From: an uncultured Candidatus Micrarchaeota archaeon | GTDB lineage: Archaea; Micrarchaeota; Micrarchaeia; Anstonellales; Bilamarchaeaceae | Reading direction: 5' to 3' | NCBI GenBank assembly: GCA_963714085.1 | Contig: OY970229.1 | Location: forward strand, 224,001 to 288,000 | Length of the DNA stretch: 64,000 nucleotides | Shown here: in pieces, positions 19,681 to 30,163 of the stretch | How positions within the stretch are numbered: the stretch's first letter is position 1 | Layout: every line of letters starts with the position of its first letter | The notes under the pieces: generated by a model | The model's database searches: none | What the model was told of the DNA's origin: nothing | Seen by the model: only the letters and a program-made list of their open reading frames with translations | Program-made: the position numbers and the translations under genes

Positions 19681-20145
19681 TCAGCTGCAGACTCCGCCAG
19701 TATCCGTGAACGAACCGGTCGGCCCGGAGCCCACGCAGAGCCGGTCGCTCTCCGACCCGTAGCCGCACCTGGCCCCGGCGATTTGCAGCACTTCGATGCC
19801 GCTCTGGTTGACCTCGTCGCGGCTGTAGGTGCAATGGAACTTTGTTCCGCCTGTTGTCTGGAGGTACATGGAGCAGATGTCCCCGTTCCAGCCCATGAGC
19901 GAGACGTCCGCGTCGCCTGCGACGACGTTTATCCCCATGACGGTCTGGTTCGTATACTCGTTGATCCAGAGCGGGTAGCGCGTATAGCAGTTCTGCAGCA
20001 TGCCCTGGATTGCCGCGTTGTCCACGACGGTCTTGTTATAGCCTACGGACATGTTGACGGAATTGAGGTTCACCGTGCAGCCCGGAAGCACGGACATGGC
20101 CGAGAGCAGGAGGACGAGCGCCAGGGAACCGGGGATGCGTCTCAT
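19681..20145 (-). CDS. Cys-rich secreted lipoprotein
   Basis: MRRIPGSLALVLLLSAMSVLPGC signal and lipobox; several Cys. Confidence 0.7.
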   Translation of the reverse strand: MRRIPGSLALVLLLSAMSVLPGCTVNLNSVNMSVGYNKTVVDNAAIQGMLQNCYTRYPLWINEYTNQTVMGINVVAGDADVSLMGWNGDICSMYLQTTGGTKFHCTYSRDEVNQSGIEVLQIAGARCGYGSESDRLCVGSGPTGSFTDTGGVCS

Positions 20146-20204
20146 GTATCCCCCTACCCGGATTACCCTTATAAACATTGGTCGATAGCAATATCCGTGA
20201 TTCC

Positions 20205-20633
20205 ATGTTCGGCCTGGGGGAAGGGAAGCTGGAGATTCTATTGCCAAAGGAGGATTTCAAGGTCGGCGAGAAGATAGCGGGCCAGGTCAAGCTGACGCTG
20301 AACTCGGAGAAGCAGGCGAACGGGGTCAAGCTGAAGCTCTCGATGCAGATGCCCTACATGGTGGGCAGGAGGATGGGCGGGGAGGGCTTCAGGGCTGGCC
20401 TTGGCGAGAGGGACCGCGGGGAGAGGATGGACATCGAAACCGTCTTCCAGAAGGAGATGGTGCTCGCGCCGGCAGGGAAGTTCTCGGGCACGTCCTCCTA
20501 TGATTTCGAATTCGACACCAGCGAGCTGTCGCAGTTCGTCCAGGCGGGCGCGGTGCTCAGCGTGGACGCGTTCCTGGACATCCCGTTCTCGCTCGGCTTC
20601 CGGCAGTCCAAGGCGCTCGTTATATCGCAGTGA
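20205..20633 (+). CDS. SpoOM/arrestin-N-like beta-sandwich protein
   Basis: MFGLG.GKLEI.L....F..GE.I.G.VKLTL pattern. Confidence 0.6.
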   Translation: MFGLGEGKLEILLPKEDFKVGEKIAGQVKLTLNSEKQANGVKLKLSMQMPYMVGRRMGGEGFRAGLGERDRGERMDIETVFQKEMVLAPAGKFSGTSSYDFEFDTSELSQFVQAGAVLSVDAFLDIPFSLGFRQSKALVISQ

Positions 20634-20935
20634 GGGCCGGACATTGTTCGGCGGCGTGGTCGCCAACCCGGCACTCAACCCCTTGCACCCTTACGGCAGC
20701 GGCCTAGTGCTGGCCGAGTGCGCCATCATAGAGGCGTTCCTCTACGGGAGGATGTTCGAGCTGGACCCCAAGGAGGCTTTGCTCGTCTCGCTCTGCGCCA
20801 ATCTCGCCGGCGCCGCGCTGTTCTTCGCCTAGCCCGCTCTCCGGCCCGATGGCGTGCCTCGCTATAATCGTGCATTTTCATGGAAAAAGCGGGTTTATAA
20901 ATTCTATGTCGTAGAGTATATCCATTGGTGTAATC

Positions 20936-21493
20936 ATGGCTGACACATTCATGAAAAGAGGATACGCGCAGGTGAAAAGACTCGCGAGAAGGCTGAGGAT
21001 AACATCAACGATGAAAGAAGGTGCGGAAAATGCCGGCGGGCGGGTCCGCGTATCGGTGCCGACTCCGGTTACAGTGCCATTGGTCACGGAAGGGCGCGGA
21101 GAGAAAGGCGGGCCGGGCAAGCACAATCCAGTGGCGATGTCTGTGCCCGAGATATACGTTAAATTGGTAGCGGTAACGCTGAATGGTGGCAATGACGAAC
21201 AGTTGTCCTGGTTTGCGGCGCATCTTCTATCCGAGCTCAAAACCAGTCACGGCGCCACAGGCACCTTCTCGCCTGCTGAGTTCATAAGCGCTTGTGAAGC
21301 CTGCATCTTCGCGCTACGGTCTGGAGTTCACTTAGATATGGAGACACCGGCGCATCAAGGCCCGTTTTTCAACCAGAAGTCTGCGCCGTTCGATGGCATC
21401 GTCTCGAGGCTCACCGGGATGCTCGGCCGGCCGGATTTCGCTGAGGAGATCGGCAGGATAAAGCCGGAGTTCGCACGGGACAAGAAGGAATGA
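20936..21493 (+). CDS. Hypothetical protein
   Basis: ORF preceded by TTTATAAA and a GGTG RBS. Confidence 0.55.
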   Translation: MADTFMKRGYAQVKRLARRLRITSTMKEGAENAGGRVRVSVPTPVTVPLVTEGRGEKGGPGKHNPVAMSVPEIYVKLVAVTLNGGNDEQLSWFAAHLLSELKTSHGATGTFSPAEFISACEACIFALRSGVHLDMETPAHQGPFFNQKSAPFDGIVSRLTGMLGRPDFAEEIGRIKPEFARDKKE

Positions 21494-21515
21494 TTTTTTT
21501 CCTGAGGGTGCGATC

Positions 21516-21911
21516 GTGGCGGAACAAATCACGAAACACGGGAACAGGAACGCGGACCCCGCGGCGCAGTCTCGGATGAGGCCATCGTTGACCGCGAAAG
21601 AGCGCGCGGAAAAACTGCCGGACGGCGGCGTGGCTGCGCTGCCAGCAGCCGAGATATGCGGCAGGCTGGACAACCTCAAGCGTAAAAAGGTATGCGAGTT
21701 CGCGGCGTTGCTTTCAAAGAGGCTGAAGGACGGGGACATGGTTTCCCAGAAAGGCTTCGCCGCAGCCTGCGAGCGCCTTATCTCCGACCTGGGGAGCGGC
21801 TTCGATGAGCGCAACGAGCCGGTAGGAAGCTACCTTGTCGGCTACAAGACCAGATTATTGAGAATCATGGCTTCGGACATAACCAAAGCGGTCTTCGGAT
21901 CAGACAACTGA
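21516..21911 (+). CDS. Hypothetical protein
   Basis: GAGGGTG RBS before GTG. Confidence 0.55.
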   Translation: MAEQITKHGNRNADPAAQSRMRPSLTAKERAEKLPDGGVAALPAAEICGRLDNLKRKKVCEFAALLSKRLKDGDMVSQKGFAAACERLISDLGSGFDERNEPVGSYLVGYKTRLLRIMASDITKAVFGSDN

Positions 21912-21977
21912 CCTCCGCCCATCTTCCCGGACGCGCTCCTTCGCAATATTTTTAATCGCTCATCCCGAGTATCCTGC

Positions 21978-22355
21978 ATGGACAACCTGAGAACGAGGCT
22001 GGTCGACTCCTTGGGATTGGGGATATGTATCTGGCTCATGGGCTACATCGCGTCGCTCGTGCTCTTCTTCATCGTCCCGGCCAGCCTACTCGGGTGGGTC
22101 CTGTTCGTCATCTTCACCCCGCTGACGTTCTACATAGCGTACCTGAGGTTCGGGAAAAGGAGCGAGGACACGGGGTATTATCTCATGATAGGGGCGGTCT
22201 GGACGCTAATCGCCATCGTACTGGACTATCTCTTCGTAGTGGTCGCGTTCCACTCCGAGGCGTATTACAAGGCGGACGTGCTCGCGTACTACGCGATGAC
22301 GTTCCTGATACCGCTGTGGGTGGGGCGGAACTTCGAGAGCAAAAAGAGTAAATGA
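21978..22355 (+). CDS. Small four-TM membrane protein
   Basis: Four hydrophobic helices. Confidence 0.75.
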   Translation: MDNLRTRLVDSLGLGICIWLMGYIASLVLFFIVPASLLGWVLFVIFTPLTFYIAYLRFGKRSEDTGYYLMIGAVWTLIAIVLDYLFVVVAFHSEAYYKADVLAYYAMTFLIPLWVGRNFESKKSK

Positions 22356-22536
22356 AAAAGGATCTATTCCGCGAGCCAGCCGCGCGTCACCATGGCCCAT
22401 CTCGTTTTTTCCTTCGCTATAGCCAATGCGCCCGAATCGACTGTCCTTTCCCGTCGGGAGCGCATGCCCGCCGTATTATAAACCCTTTCTTGCATTATTA
22501 AGCACATTATCCGGAAGAGAACGACAGTGAAGCACT

Positions 22537-23658
22537 ATGCAGCAAGGAGACGATTTTTCGGTAATCGGATGGGCCTTCAATAAGGCGTACGAAGGAGTGA
22601 GCCGTGCCGGTTCTGCCATCGGTTCTAGGATCGGCAATGCTCTTAGCAAGCCTGCTGACCCAGACGCAGGGCTGCACGCCTTGGTAGCCGTCGTAGTCAT
22701 TGCCGGGCTGATCGGAGGCGGTTACGGATGCTGGGAAGGCTGCGAGGCTTACGACAAGTGGAGTTACAAACGGACGATGGAGAAAGACAAAGAGCGGAAG
22801 ATGGCGTACCAGGAAGGATTGCGGGAGCGCTTTCTTGCAGGCCAGGTGGATGGATGCCTGGTCAGAAGCGACAATATCTATGGTGACGCAGACGTGCTGT
22901 TGAAGGACGGCACTAAAAAGCGCCTTTTTCCTAATGAGATAGCTTTCTGTAACGAAGAGTTCCTTGTTGCTCGCGCCGTTGGAAAGGAGGAACTCATTTC
23001 GAAATATTGCCCTGGTTTGGATATCCGCGGAGTCCAGGTACTCGTTGCGAAAAATATCGGCACAGAAGATGGCGGCGCGCATGGGGGATGTAAACTGATA
23101 AAATCCATCTCTTTGGACACGCCAAAGTGCAATAATGGTTCTTATGAGCAATATGAGGCAAACAGATGCTACCGAAGTGCGCTGGGTTTGTATGGAGAGA
23201 ACAGCGATTACATCGTAGTGGGCTCATACGTAAGAGAAACGGTCATCTTCAAGCCAGGCCGTGCGCCTCCCGAACTTCTGGATTTAATGAAAGATCAGGA
23301 TGTCAGCTTGCGGGTCTTGGAAGATACGGAAATCCCCGGCTCCGGGAGCCGCAGGTCGCTTAAGTTAGATGCGAAGAAACCCGGACCAGAGGACACGATC
23401 AAGCTGGAGGACATCATTCCTGCCAGGAAAATCCCTGAAAAAAAGAATCCGCACCGCGGCCCTTGTACGATTAATGGCTATCCTTCTCCCCAGTACGGTG
23501 ATGAAGGAACGATGTATTGCGAGTTCCTTCGCAGAGTCGTAAATAAGCCCATCCAGGAAGTGCGCCGTGAGTATTATAAAAATTGCAGGAAGAGGCCGCA
23601 TTCCGAAGCAGGCAGGAATGCTTGCAGTACCGTACGATACCACCTGAAGCACGGCTAG
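22537..23658 (+). CDS. Hypothetical single-pass membrane protein, Cys-rich
   Basis: TM segment ALVAVVVIAGLIGGG; many Cys. Confidence 0.65.
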   Translation: MQQGDDFSVIGWAFNKAYEGVSRAGSAIGSRIGNALSKPADPDAGLHALVAVVVIAGLIGGGYGCWEGCEAYDKWSYKRTMEKDKERKMAYQEGLRERFLAGQVDGCLVRSDNIYGDADVLLKDGTKKRLFPNEIAFCNEEFLVARAVGKEELISKYCPGLDIRGVQVLVAKNIGTEDGGAHGGCKLIKSISLDTPKCNNGSYEQYEANRCYRSALGLYGENSDYIVVGSYVRETVIFKPGRAPPELLDLMKDQDVSLRVLEDTEIPGSGSRRSLKLDAKKPGPEDTIKLEDIIPARKIPEKKNPHRGPCTINGYPSPQYGDEGTMYCEFLRRVVNKPIQEVRREYYKNCRKRPHSEAGRNACSTVRYHLKHG

Positions 23659-23689
23659 GGGCAGTAAAAAAATCGATAAAAAAATGAAT

Positions 23690-24802
23690 CTATTTCACTA
23701 GCCAGCCTCTCATCACCATGGCCTCGCGGACGCGCTCCTTCGCGATGGCCAAAGCGGCGGCGCGGGTGTCGTTGTCCTTCTGCGCGCGCTCGAGCATGAC
23801 CTTGGTGTTCTTGGAGATTTTCTCCTTCACGACGTTGAACATGGTCTTCTCGTCCCAGCCCTGCGTCTCGCAGTAGCTGGAGATCACTCCGCCGGCGTTC
23901 GCCACGAAGTCCGGGAGTATCACCACGCCCTGCTTCATGAGGATTTTCTCCACGTCGTACGGGATGGGCAGGTTCGCGCCCTGCGCGATGTACTTGGCCT
24001 TCACGCGGCCCACGTTCTCGTTCGTTATCACGTTCGGCCTCGCGCCCGGCATGAGGATGTCCACGTCCAGCTCGAACAGTGCTTTCGCGTCCTTCTTCTC
24101 AACGCCGTTGTGCGCGGTGACGGTCTTCTTCTCGGCCTTCACCTTCATCATGTCCTCGTACTTGAGGCCCGCCTTGCTGTACACCATGCCCTTGGAGTCC
24201 GAGATAGCGACGACCTTCGCGCCCCATTCCTCGAAGAACTTGTGGGCGAACATGCCCACGTTCCCGTAGCCCTCTATGGCCACGGTCTTCCCGTTCAGGC
24301 TCTCGCCCTTGAATTCCGTGGCTATCTTGGTGGAGAGGACCACGCCGTAGCCCGTGGAGCCGAGCTCGTGCGGGAGGCCGCCCATGCTCGAGGGCTTGCC
24401 CGTCACGGCGAGCGGCGTCTGCAGCTCGTCGGCTATGTAGGCCATCTCCCTCTCGGTCATGTTCATGTCAGGCCCCGCGATGTAGTGCTTCGGGATTATC
24501 TCTCCGACCTTGCGCGCGAACGCGCGCACGATGGCTTCTTTCTTCTCTAGAGTGAGATTCTTCGCATCGGCCTTGATCCCTGACTTCGCGCCCCCGAACG
24601 GGAGCTCGGCCATCGCGTTCTTCCATGTCATGGCGCGCGCGAGCCCCATGACCTCTTCCACGGTCACGTCGGGCTCCATCCTCACCCCGCCCTTGCCGGG
24701 TCCGCGCGCAGTGTTGTGCACGACGCAGACTCCCTGCATGCCGGTCTTCTGGTCGTATACCTCGAACACCCTCTCGAATCCGAACTCGTCTTCCTTCTTC
24801 AT
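23690..24802 (-). CDS. gdhA: Glutamate dehydrogenase (Glu/Leu/Phe/Val family)
   Basis: GPGKGGVR, MTWKNA, LPFGGAKSG, GPDMN, EGYGNVG, PDFVANAGGV. Confidence 0.92.
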   Translation of the reverse strand: MKKEDEFGFERVFEVYDQKTGMQGVCVVHNTARGPGKGGVRMEPDVTVEEVMGLARAMTWKNAMAELPFGGAKSGIKADAKNLTLEKKEAIVRAFARKVGEIIPKHYIAGPDMNMTEREMAYIADELQTPLAVTGKPSSMGGLPHELGSTGYGVVLSTKIATEFKGESLNGKTVAIEGYGNVGMFAHKFFEEWGAKVVAISDSKGMVYSKAGLKYEDMMKVKAEKKTVTAHNGVEKKDAKALFELDVDILMPGARPNVITNENVGRVKAKYIAQGANLPIPYDVEKILMKQGVVILPDFVANAGGVISSYCETQGWDEKTMFNVVKEKISKNTKVMLERAQKDNDTRAAALAIAKERVREAMVMRGWLVK

Positions 24803-24982
24803 GGTTTCTCGCCTCAGGTTGTTTTGTCCTATATGGAATTTTAGCAGAACTTCCCCCGTAGTTTTTATAAATATGGCAGTCCTGGCTACGATGGATGACG
24901 AAAATGCGGGAATCGCGGCGCTTCCCCGTGCTTCTTGCTCTGCGCCTCCGAGGGGCTCTTTTCCCGGTCCGGATTTTGCTGG

Positions 24983-26001
24983 TGTAGTCACCTAACAGGT
25001 ATATTTATATATTTGTAGTCACCTAGATTAGCCATGCACGTCGAAATCCGGAAGGAGAGGGGTAGGAAAAAGTATTATCTGGCTTACTCATACCGAAAGG
25101 ATGGCAAAATCAGGAAAATAAGGGTGTATCTGGGCGAAGACTTATCGGAAAACCAGATAGAAGACAAGAGAGAAGAAGCCGAGATGAGGATAAGGGAGCG
25201 TCTCCAAAGCGCCAAACTCATCCATGACCCTTACCGCACCGTCCTGTCGCCTTCCGAGGCAGAAGAGCTTAAAAACCTCGAAGCCAGGGGAAAAGTCAAA
25301 CTATTGCATCTGAGCGAAGACGACTGGCGGAAGTTCACTGAAGCGTTCACTTACGACACCAATGCCATAGAGGGCTCGACCGTAACCGGAAAGGAGGTCG
25401 CTGGGATACTGGAAAAGAATAAATGGCCTGAAAAACCGAAAGGAGAGATTTCCGAGACGTATGGAGTCGCCGAAGCAGTTGCGCATATAAGGAAAACGAA
25501 AGAGCACGTATCCCTGGGATTGATGAAGGAACTGCACTGGATCGTATTCAGGAATTCGAAACCATTCGCGGGAAAGTTCAGGGAAAGAGGGATCGAGGTA
25601 GTCGTTGGGGATGCTTTCGGGAACGTCGTCCACAGGGGAGCGCCATCAAGCCAGGTAGCCCCCCTCCTGAAAGAATTGGAAGGATGGTATAAAAGAAACA
25701 GGCGCAAGTATCCTCCTCTTGTGCTGGCCGCGGTGGTGCATAACCAATTTGAGAATATTCATCCGTTCCAGGACGGGAATGGGCGAATCGGCAGGCTGCT
25801 TCTGATCAACATTCTTCTTAAGCATGGGTGCCCCCCGCTGAATATCGAGCTAAAAAACAGGAAAGAGTACTATGCCGCGTTACAGGCTTACCAAAATAGC
25901 CAAAACATCAGGCCGATGATCGAGCTGATGCTGAAGGAGTACCGTAAGCTCAAAAAGAACCTGAAAAAGAGGTGACTACAAAACGTAGGATCGTAGTCAC
26001 C
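24983..26001. repeat. Four GTAGTCACC motifs framing the fic gene, including a perfect 13-bp inverted repeat
   Basis: TTTGTAGTCACCT at 25012-25024 vs AGGTGACTACAAA at 25970-25982; further copies at 24983-24993 and 25993-26001. Confidence 0.85.
25034..25975 (+). CDS. Fic-family protein with a basic N-terminal beta-sheet domain
   Basis: Canonical HPFQDGNGRIGR; inhibitory-helix-like TNAIEGS. Confidence 0.93.
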   Translation: MHVEIRKERGRKKYYLAYSYRKDGKIRKIRVYLGEDLSENQIEDKREEAEMRIRERLQSAKLIHDPYRTVLSPSEAEELKNLEARGKVKLLHLSEDDWRKFTEAFTYDTNAIEGSTVTGKEVAGILEKNKWPEKPKGEISETYGVAEAVAHIRKTKEHVSLGLMKELHWIVFRNSKPFAGKFRERGIEVVVGDAFGNVVHRGAPSSQVAPLLKELEGWYKRNRRKYPPLVLAAVVHNQFENIHPFQDGNGRIGRLLLINILLKHGCPPLNIELKNRKEYYAALQAYQNSQNIRPMIELMLKEYRKLKKNLKKR

Positions 26002-26356
26002 CAGGATGACGAATAGGAAACGGGGCCTCTGCGCAGGCGCCTTGGCAGGGAGGCGGTTTCCGACCTGTTCTGATGCTCATATTTAAAAACTCTTTCAATA
26101 ACAATAGACATATCGAAAGGTGCAGGCTGAATGAACCGAAACGAACGAAACGGATGGAACCCTTCCGGCGCGTTCAGCTTTAGCTATTTTTATTTTGGCC
26201 GCTGCTGAAGCGGTCTGGGAATAACCCGGAATAGGAACCCGTTAATAAAAGCGCGTTCCGATCGGCCGGCTAAACCCCGGATGAAAAAAACCGCCCAGCG
26301 AGCGCTGGGCCTCTGTGTTTGTTTTCGTCTGGAGACAAAAAAAAACAAAGGTGATC

Positions 26357-27330
26357 ATGATGCAAGATATGACAAGTAGGGACAGGATGCTGAGGAACGT
26401 GCTGACTGCGGGCGCTAGGAACGAGCTGGCCAAGAGCGAATCAGCGAAAAAAGGGGAAGCGAGCCCCAGGTCAGCCCTGCGGAAAGGGTGGAGTCGTGCC
26501 TCGGGAGATACCTGGATTGCCGCACGGCGCTTTCACAAGCCGCTGATGAGCGAAAAGCCGGCCAGGCGAAGATCGCGCTACGCGAGGCCCGCCTAGACCT
26601 GCTCGAGATGGTCGATGTCATGGACAGGTTGCACCACGCGGGAGAGGGATCCGAAAACGTCAGGGCCGCGGTTGAAAACCTCCATTCCGACGCCAAGGAG
26701 CTCAGGGACACCAGCCCGGACCTGAGGAAGAAGGCTGACATCCTGCTCGCCCGCATGCAGGCGCAGGACCACGTGGCCTCTCTCCTACGTCGGGACGATC
26801 TGGGCCCTGGGCAGAAGCTGCCGCTCCTCGTGAATGCGCTCGGGGGGATCTCCCTGCTCATGGGAGGGGGCGATAACGGCCCGCCGGCATCCGCGGGCGT
26901 GCTGGCGGCCAGGGCTTTGGACATGGTCAACATGGCTGGTTCGCAGGACGATGCAGAACCGGGATGCAAGCGCGCGGCGCTCGCGGCCAGGATCATGAGG
27001 CTCGGCCGCATACCGCTGACGGTCCCCCAGGAGATGGCAGACGGGGCGAGGGCGAACCTCGTCTCGCTTGTCGGGGATGTGGCCTCTTTAACCGGGACCT
27101 CCGAGCGGTCGCTGCGGGAACGCGAAGCTGCGATCCTGAAACTCGCGAACGCGCACGCGGATTTGGTGATCCTGAACAGCGTCCTGAGGCAGGCGCAGCC
27201 GGACGGGGCGTGTACCGACAGGGACCTGGTGGTCTCGGCGCTGGACATGGTGATCGCGGGTCATCCGGACTTGATGGAGAAGGCCGCCGCAGGTCTCCTA
27301 AGGGACGGGCAGAAACCGAAAAAGAGGTGA
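26357..27330 (+). pseudogene. Helical paralogue A, apparently frameshifted (-1) between 26419 and 26488
   Basis: GGTGA RBS and ATG at 26357 are in a different frame from the conserved body (ESCLGRYLDCR); the body frame has TAG at 26416; A6G4 run at 26447-26456. Confidence 0.6.
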
Positions 27331-27332
27331 CG

Positions 27333-28523
27333 ATGATGATGGAAGACCCGAAGAATAGGACGATAAGCGCGGTTCCGGCCTCGACAGCAGCCTCTGCAGG
27401 CGGCCGGGACCGTCTGGCCTCTAGCGCATCCGCGAGGGAAGGAGGGAGCGAGCGCGCGTGCAGCGCTTCGGAAGAGGTCAGGTCGTGCCTCCGTAGATAC
27501 CTGGATTGCCGCATCGCGCTTTCGGAGGCCGGCGCTGGTGCCGAAAAAATCAAGGAGGCCAGGGGCACGCTTGACAGGGCCCTGCTTGGGAAGAGAACAA
27601 GGGCCGTCGCCTACGATGTCGGGATCCTCCAGACGGAAGCCGGGGAGCCGGATGCCCGAAGAACCGCTCACGCTGGGGATGAGGCCCTCCTCGGGCTGGC
27701 TGAGCGGGTCGAGATGGCCGCGAGCGTCAGGATCGAAATAGACGCCCTTCATGCGAAAGCCAAGGGGCGCAATGACGAAAGGACCGCCCGTGCGAAGCAT
27801 GAACTGGATGCGGCCCGCCTCGAGCTGCTTTGCCGGGTCGAGGACATGGAGGCCCTGCACTCCAAGGGGGAGGAAACCAGGGATGTCAAGGGCGCGCTCC
27901 AGGTCCTTTATGTGGAAGACAAGGAGCTCGGAGACGCAGATGCCGGCTTGAGAAAGAGGGCCAGGACGCTGCTCGCCCATATCCAGGCGTCGGAAAGCAT
28001 AAAGGCCATGGTCACGAGCGGGGACGTGGAGGCGCAAATGAAGCGGATGTTTCTCTCGCGCCAGCTCGCCGAGATCTGCCTGCTAGTGGAAAGAGACCTG
28101 CAGCCGGAAGACCCGCAGTTCAAGCTGGTGTCCGAGGCCCTGGCGATAGCGTCGGCTTTGGACAAAAGAACGGAACTGGCCGCGTTGGTGCTGTACGCAA
28201 GGCACATGGGGAATACCAAAATCCCCGTGGAGATCCCTGAGGCCGGCGCCGAAGCGGCGAGAGCGAACGTCTCCTCGCTCGTCACGGCCGTCGAGTCCAT
28301 AACAAGCAATGACAGGCGTACGGAACAGGTGCGCACCCAGGCGCTCACCAACCTCGCGAACGCATACGGGGACATGCTGGTGCTGGAGGAGGCCAGGAAC
28401 ACGCCTTCAGGCAGGCCGGAGGACCTTGCGCTGCTGCAAAGGGCGCTCGGCATCGTGGCATCGAACCCGCCAAGCGCGAGCAAGCGGGTCGCAGCAGAGA
28501 TGATGAGTGAGAGGCTTAAGTGA
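27333..28523 (+). CDS. Helical paralogue B (hypothetical)
   Basis: SCLRRYLDCR, RANVSSLV and LANAYGD shared with neighbours; GAGGTGA RBS. Confidence 0.75.
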   Translation: MMMEDPKNRTISAVPASTAASAGGRDRLASSASAREGGSERACSASEEVRSCLRRYLDCRIALSEAGAGAEKIKEARGTLDRALLGKRTRAVAYDVGILQTEAGEPDARRTAHAGDEALLGLAERVEMAASVRIEIDALHAKAKGRNDERTARAKHELDAARLELLCRVEDMEALHSKGEETRDVKGALQVLYVEDKELGDADAGLRKRARTLLAHIQASESIKAMVTSGDVEAQMKRMFLSRQLAEICLLVERDLQPEDPQFKLVSEALAIASALDKRTELAALVLYARHMGNTKIPVEIPEAGAEAARANVSSLVTAVESITSNDRRTEQVRTQALTNLANAYGDMLVLEEARNTPSGRPEDLALLQRALGIVASNPPSASKRVAAEMMSERLK

Positions 28524-28573
28524 GGATGGCATTTGTTTATATTTTGTACCATTCTTTATAGGAAAACAGAAAC

Positions 28574-29536
28574 ATGGTGATCATTATGGCGGACAGCACA
28601 GCAACACAGACGAGGACACCGGCCCCGAGGCCGGAGATGAGACCGCTGACCAGGAGCAGTTCCGCTGCGCATGGGGGGCCAGAATGGACTCCGGAACGGA
28701 TCGCAGCAGCAAAGGTCGGCCGCGCTATCGCCGGCTGCCTGAAGCTCGACATGGAGCTTCTGCGTCGCCCGGCCGAGATACATGACGATGCGGAAAAAGC
28801 GCGCACCGCCGTTTGCACGGAGCTCCTCGAATGCGTCCCGGACATGGAGACGCTGCAGCGCGCCGGGAAGCAGCCCGAGCTGGTCAAGAAGGCTCTCGGA
28901 ATCCTCGATGCGAACCAGAAGAGGTTCGATGGCGCCGGGGAAATCGATCCTCAGCTCAGGGTGCGGGCCAGGGCGCTGCTCGGCCATGTAGAGGCGAGGC
29001 ATTTGGTGGAGCGCCTGATCACCAGCACTGAGCTGGACGACACGCACAGGCGGCGGGCCCTCGCGCACGCGCTCGGCGAGGTCTCCCTGCTCCTCGGGAT
29101 GGACAAGGACGACGAGCTGGCATCCGCGGCCCTTGACACGGTGATGGCCGCTGGTTTCGATGGTCAGAGCGCGAAACCCTGGGAGAGGCGCGCCGCGCAG
29201 GCCGCGATGCTCATGGCCGGCCCAAGGGACGTGGTGCAGATAGGGCTGGAGACGGCCGAAGAGGCGAGAGAGAACCTCGCATCGCTAGTGGGCAATGTGG
29301 CCGCAGCCAAGGGGAGCGGCAAGCGGTGGGATAGGATACGCGACCAGGCGGTCCTGGAACTCGCGGAGGCGTACCATGACGTGGTCGTGCTTGACGCAGC
29401 CCGCAGGCAAGGGCTGGGGAGAGAGACCGACGAGTCGCTGATAAGGGCGGCGCTCGGGAAAGTGATCGAAAGGCCACCCACCAACGCGAAGCTGGCCGCG
29501 GCCGAGATGATGAGAGCGAAGCTGGAACAAGAATGA
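28574..29536 (+). CDS. Helical paralogue C (hypothetical)
   Basis: RENLASLVG, LAEAYHD and AAAEMM shared with A and B. Confidence 0.75.
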   Translation: MVIIMADSTATQTRTPAPRPEMRPLTRSSSAAHGGPEWTPERIAAAKVGRAIAGCLKLDMELLRRPAEIHDDAEKARTAVCTELLECVPDMETLQRAGKQPELVKKALGILDANQKRFDGAGEIDPQLRVRARALLGHVEARHLVERLITSTELDDTHRRRALAHALGEVSLLLGMDKDDELASAALDTVMAAGFDGQSAKPWERRAAQAAMLMAGPRDVVQIGLETAEEARENLASLVGNVAAAKGSGKRWDRIRDQAVLELAEAYHDVVVLDAARRQGLGRETDESLIRAALGKVIERPPTNAKLAAAEMMRAKLEQE

Positions 29537-29539
29537 GCC

Positions 29540-30163
29540 TCAGGCCACCGCGAGGAACCCGTCCGCGATGAGCTGCTGCGCCTCCACGGAAGTGAGGCCC
29601 CGCGCCTGCAAATAGAATATCTTCTCTTTCTCTATCTCCCTCACGCTCGCCGAGTGCGAGCAGTCCACGTCGTTGTTCAATATCTCCAGGACCGGATCAG
29701 CCCTCGCCTTCGCGGTTTCACCCAGAAGCAGCGCCTTGCACTCCACGCGGGAGACCGAGCCTGGAGCGGATTCCTCTATCTTCGCGAGCCCGGAGAGCTC
29801 CACGGCCGCAGAGTCCCATGCAACGCCCTTCGAATGCACAATCGAGCGGGTGTTCGGCGCGGAATGTATTATGTTCGCGCTGCACCTCTGCGCGTCCTTG
29901 CCAAGAGCGCGGCAGACGCTCGTGATGTCCACGGAAGAACCGGCTCCTGAAAGCGCGCATTCTATGGCGAGCGAGGAGCTTCCGCTGGATTCGGATTCCA
30001 ATTTCAAGGATGCGTTCTCCTCCATGGTTATCCTGAGGCATGCCTGGCCAGTGAGCAGCTTGGCCTGCATCTTCGCTGCTTTCCCTTTCGGGATGACGAA
30101 CACGTCCTGCTCCTTCTCCAGCGCGCCATCCGAGGTCAGATGGAAATCTATGGAGCGGGTCAT
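29540..30163 (-). CDS. sufD: Short SufD-like Fe-S assembly protein
   Basis: PVLEILNNDVDCSHSASV, IFYLQARG; overlaps the sufB stop. Confidence 0.85.
   Translation of the reverse strand: MTRSIDFHLTSDGALEKEQDVFVIPKGKAAKMQAKLLTGQACLRITMEENASLKLESESSGSSSLAIECALSGAGSSVDITSVCRALGKDAQRCSANIIHSAPNTRSIVHSKGVAWDSAAVELSGLAKIEESAPGSVSRVECKALLLGETAKARADPVLEILNNDVDCSHSASVREIEKEKIFYLQARGLTSVEAQQLIADGFLAVA

Noticed and set aside
20634..20832. Short hydrophobic coding-like stretch after the SpoOM-like gene
   Set aside because: Looks like a membrane-protein 3' fragment without a credible start; too weak to call
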